This document shows, in pieces, positions 62,771-64,000 of a stretch of 64,000 bases of DNA. The number at the start of each line of letters is the position of its first letter. The stretch's first letter is position 1. A model generated the notes under the pieces. The model saw nothing but the letters and a program-made list of their open reading frames with translations. It had not been told where the DNA came from and ran no database searches. The stretch spans positions 11,532,001-11,596,000 of the forward strand of contig NC_043017.1 of assembly GCF_006345805.1 (NCBI RefSeq). Reading direction: 5' to 3'. Position numbers and translations under genes: made by a program. This DNA comes from Octopus sinensis (lineage: Eukaryota).

Positions 62771-64000
62771 CTGGAACAGTCAGACAAGAGAGAAATCATA
62801 AAGTTGTTGCTATTATGCAAAAGTGTTGTAAGTCCAAAACGTTGCTTTTTCAGAAAATGAAAAAAAATAGTTTCACCATTCTGTTTCTTTTTACATTAGC
62901 AACAGTTTCAGCCTAACAATAATACTTTGCTGGGTGCATAACATAACTCCATGCATGTAGGATATTTTCAGTCGGAAATATTTTTTGCAAAACTGTCGTG
63001 TGTGGGACTTACTACACTTTTGAAAAATGCTAAACCATTGTAGTACACTTAGAGAATTTTTGTTATCTTGGCATCTGAAGGAGCTGGAGATACGATAGTT
63101 TGACCAAAAGGACCGGCTATTGCAGGCAAAAATTAAATATTGACAAAAATGCATTTGGCCAAATTTGGACAAATGACTGTTTAACATCGTCGTCGTCGTC
63201 ATTATCATTATTATTATTAAGGTGGTGAGCTGGCAGTCTCATTAGCAAGCCAGGTAAAATGCTTAACGGCATTCCACCCATCTTTATGTTCTGAGTTCAA
63301 ATTCTGCCAAGGTTGACTTTGCCTTTCATCCTTTTGGAGTCAATAAATTAAGTAGCAGTGAATCCCTGGGGTCAGTGTGATCGATTTCTCCCCTCCCCCA
63401 AAATTTCAGGCCTTGTGTAGAAAGGATTATCATTATTATTGATAGAACGGTGAACAGGCAGAACCATTATCAGGCTGGGCAAAATGTTTAGTAGCATTTT
63501 ATCCATCTTTACATTCTGAAGTCATATTCCACCAAGGCTGATTGTGCCTTTTGTCCTCTTGGGACTGATGAAATAAGTACCAGTTACGCACTGGGGTTGA
63601 TGTGATCAACTAGTCTCCTCCTTCAAAATTTTAAGCTTGATGCCTTTAGTAGAGAGGATTATTATTATTATTATTATTATCAGTAGTAGTAGTAGTAGTA
63701 ATAGTAGTTGTTATTTATCCCCCAGGCCAGCTCTAGCTGAGTGGCATTATCTGTCACATTATATACACACTACAATTATATTTACATTATAAACACATTG
63801 CAATTGCTACCACATATACACACTGTATTATTATAACATTATACACACACCTCAGTAACTGTCACATTATGTACACAGTACAATAACCATCACAAATATA
63901 TATATACACCACAATATCTGAGCTACTTTACCATGGTTACAAAAAAATGATTGGAAACTAAATACTCACTTGTATGAAAGTACTCCTTGTAAAAAATCAT

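Noticed and set aside
63013-63074. Possible next upstream VPS8 exon
   Set aside because: The phase needed to join the 62770 acceptor contains stops and the peptide does not resemble VPS8; the true exon is probably outside the window.

Overview
AT-rich, microsatellite-laden eukaryotic DNA. The SINE and LINE families I recognise point to an octopod cephalopod (Octopus); this is inference from recall, not a search. One protein-coding gene is well supported: the last 11 exons of VPS8 (CORVET subunit with a C-terminal RING-H2) on the minus strand, 62770 to 50451. All 10 introns are GT-AG with consistent phases, giving about 408 codons. The other ~50 kb is intergenic or intronic and made of decayed transposons: two abundant SINE families, RTE-LINE 3' tails, CR1 and R4/Dong-like LINE fragments, a Penelope RT fragment, mariner (DD34D) and maT (DD37D) remnants, hAT-, piggyBac- and Merlin-like MITEs, four non-autonomous Helitrons, and a 5.9-kb (TA/TG)n tract. 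Almost all long ORFs in the supplied track are microsatellite artefacts. The most notable signal is a set of type I hammerhead ribozyme motifs in short Penelope-type elements next to (TA)n tracts. Three have long helix II stems (18.5, 19.1, 32.1 kb) and several are minimal variants. Most have palindromic helix III loops, and several sit in partial inverted duplications. Other notable structures are a twin-hairpin higher-order repeat in an RTE 3' UTR, a 290-bp near-perfect palindrome, and a tandem SINE pair bounded by three copies of one target-site duplication.
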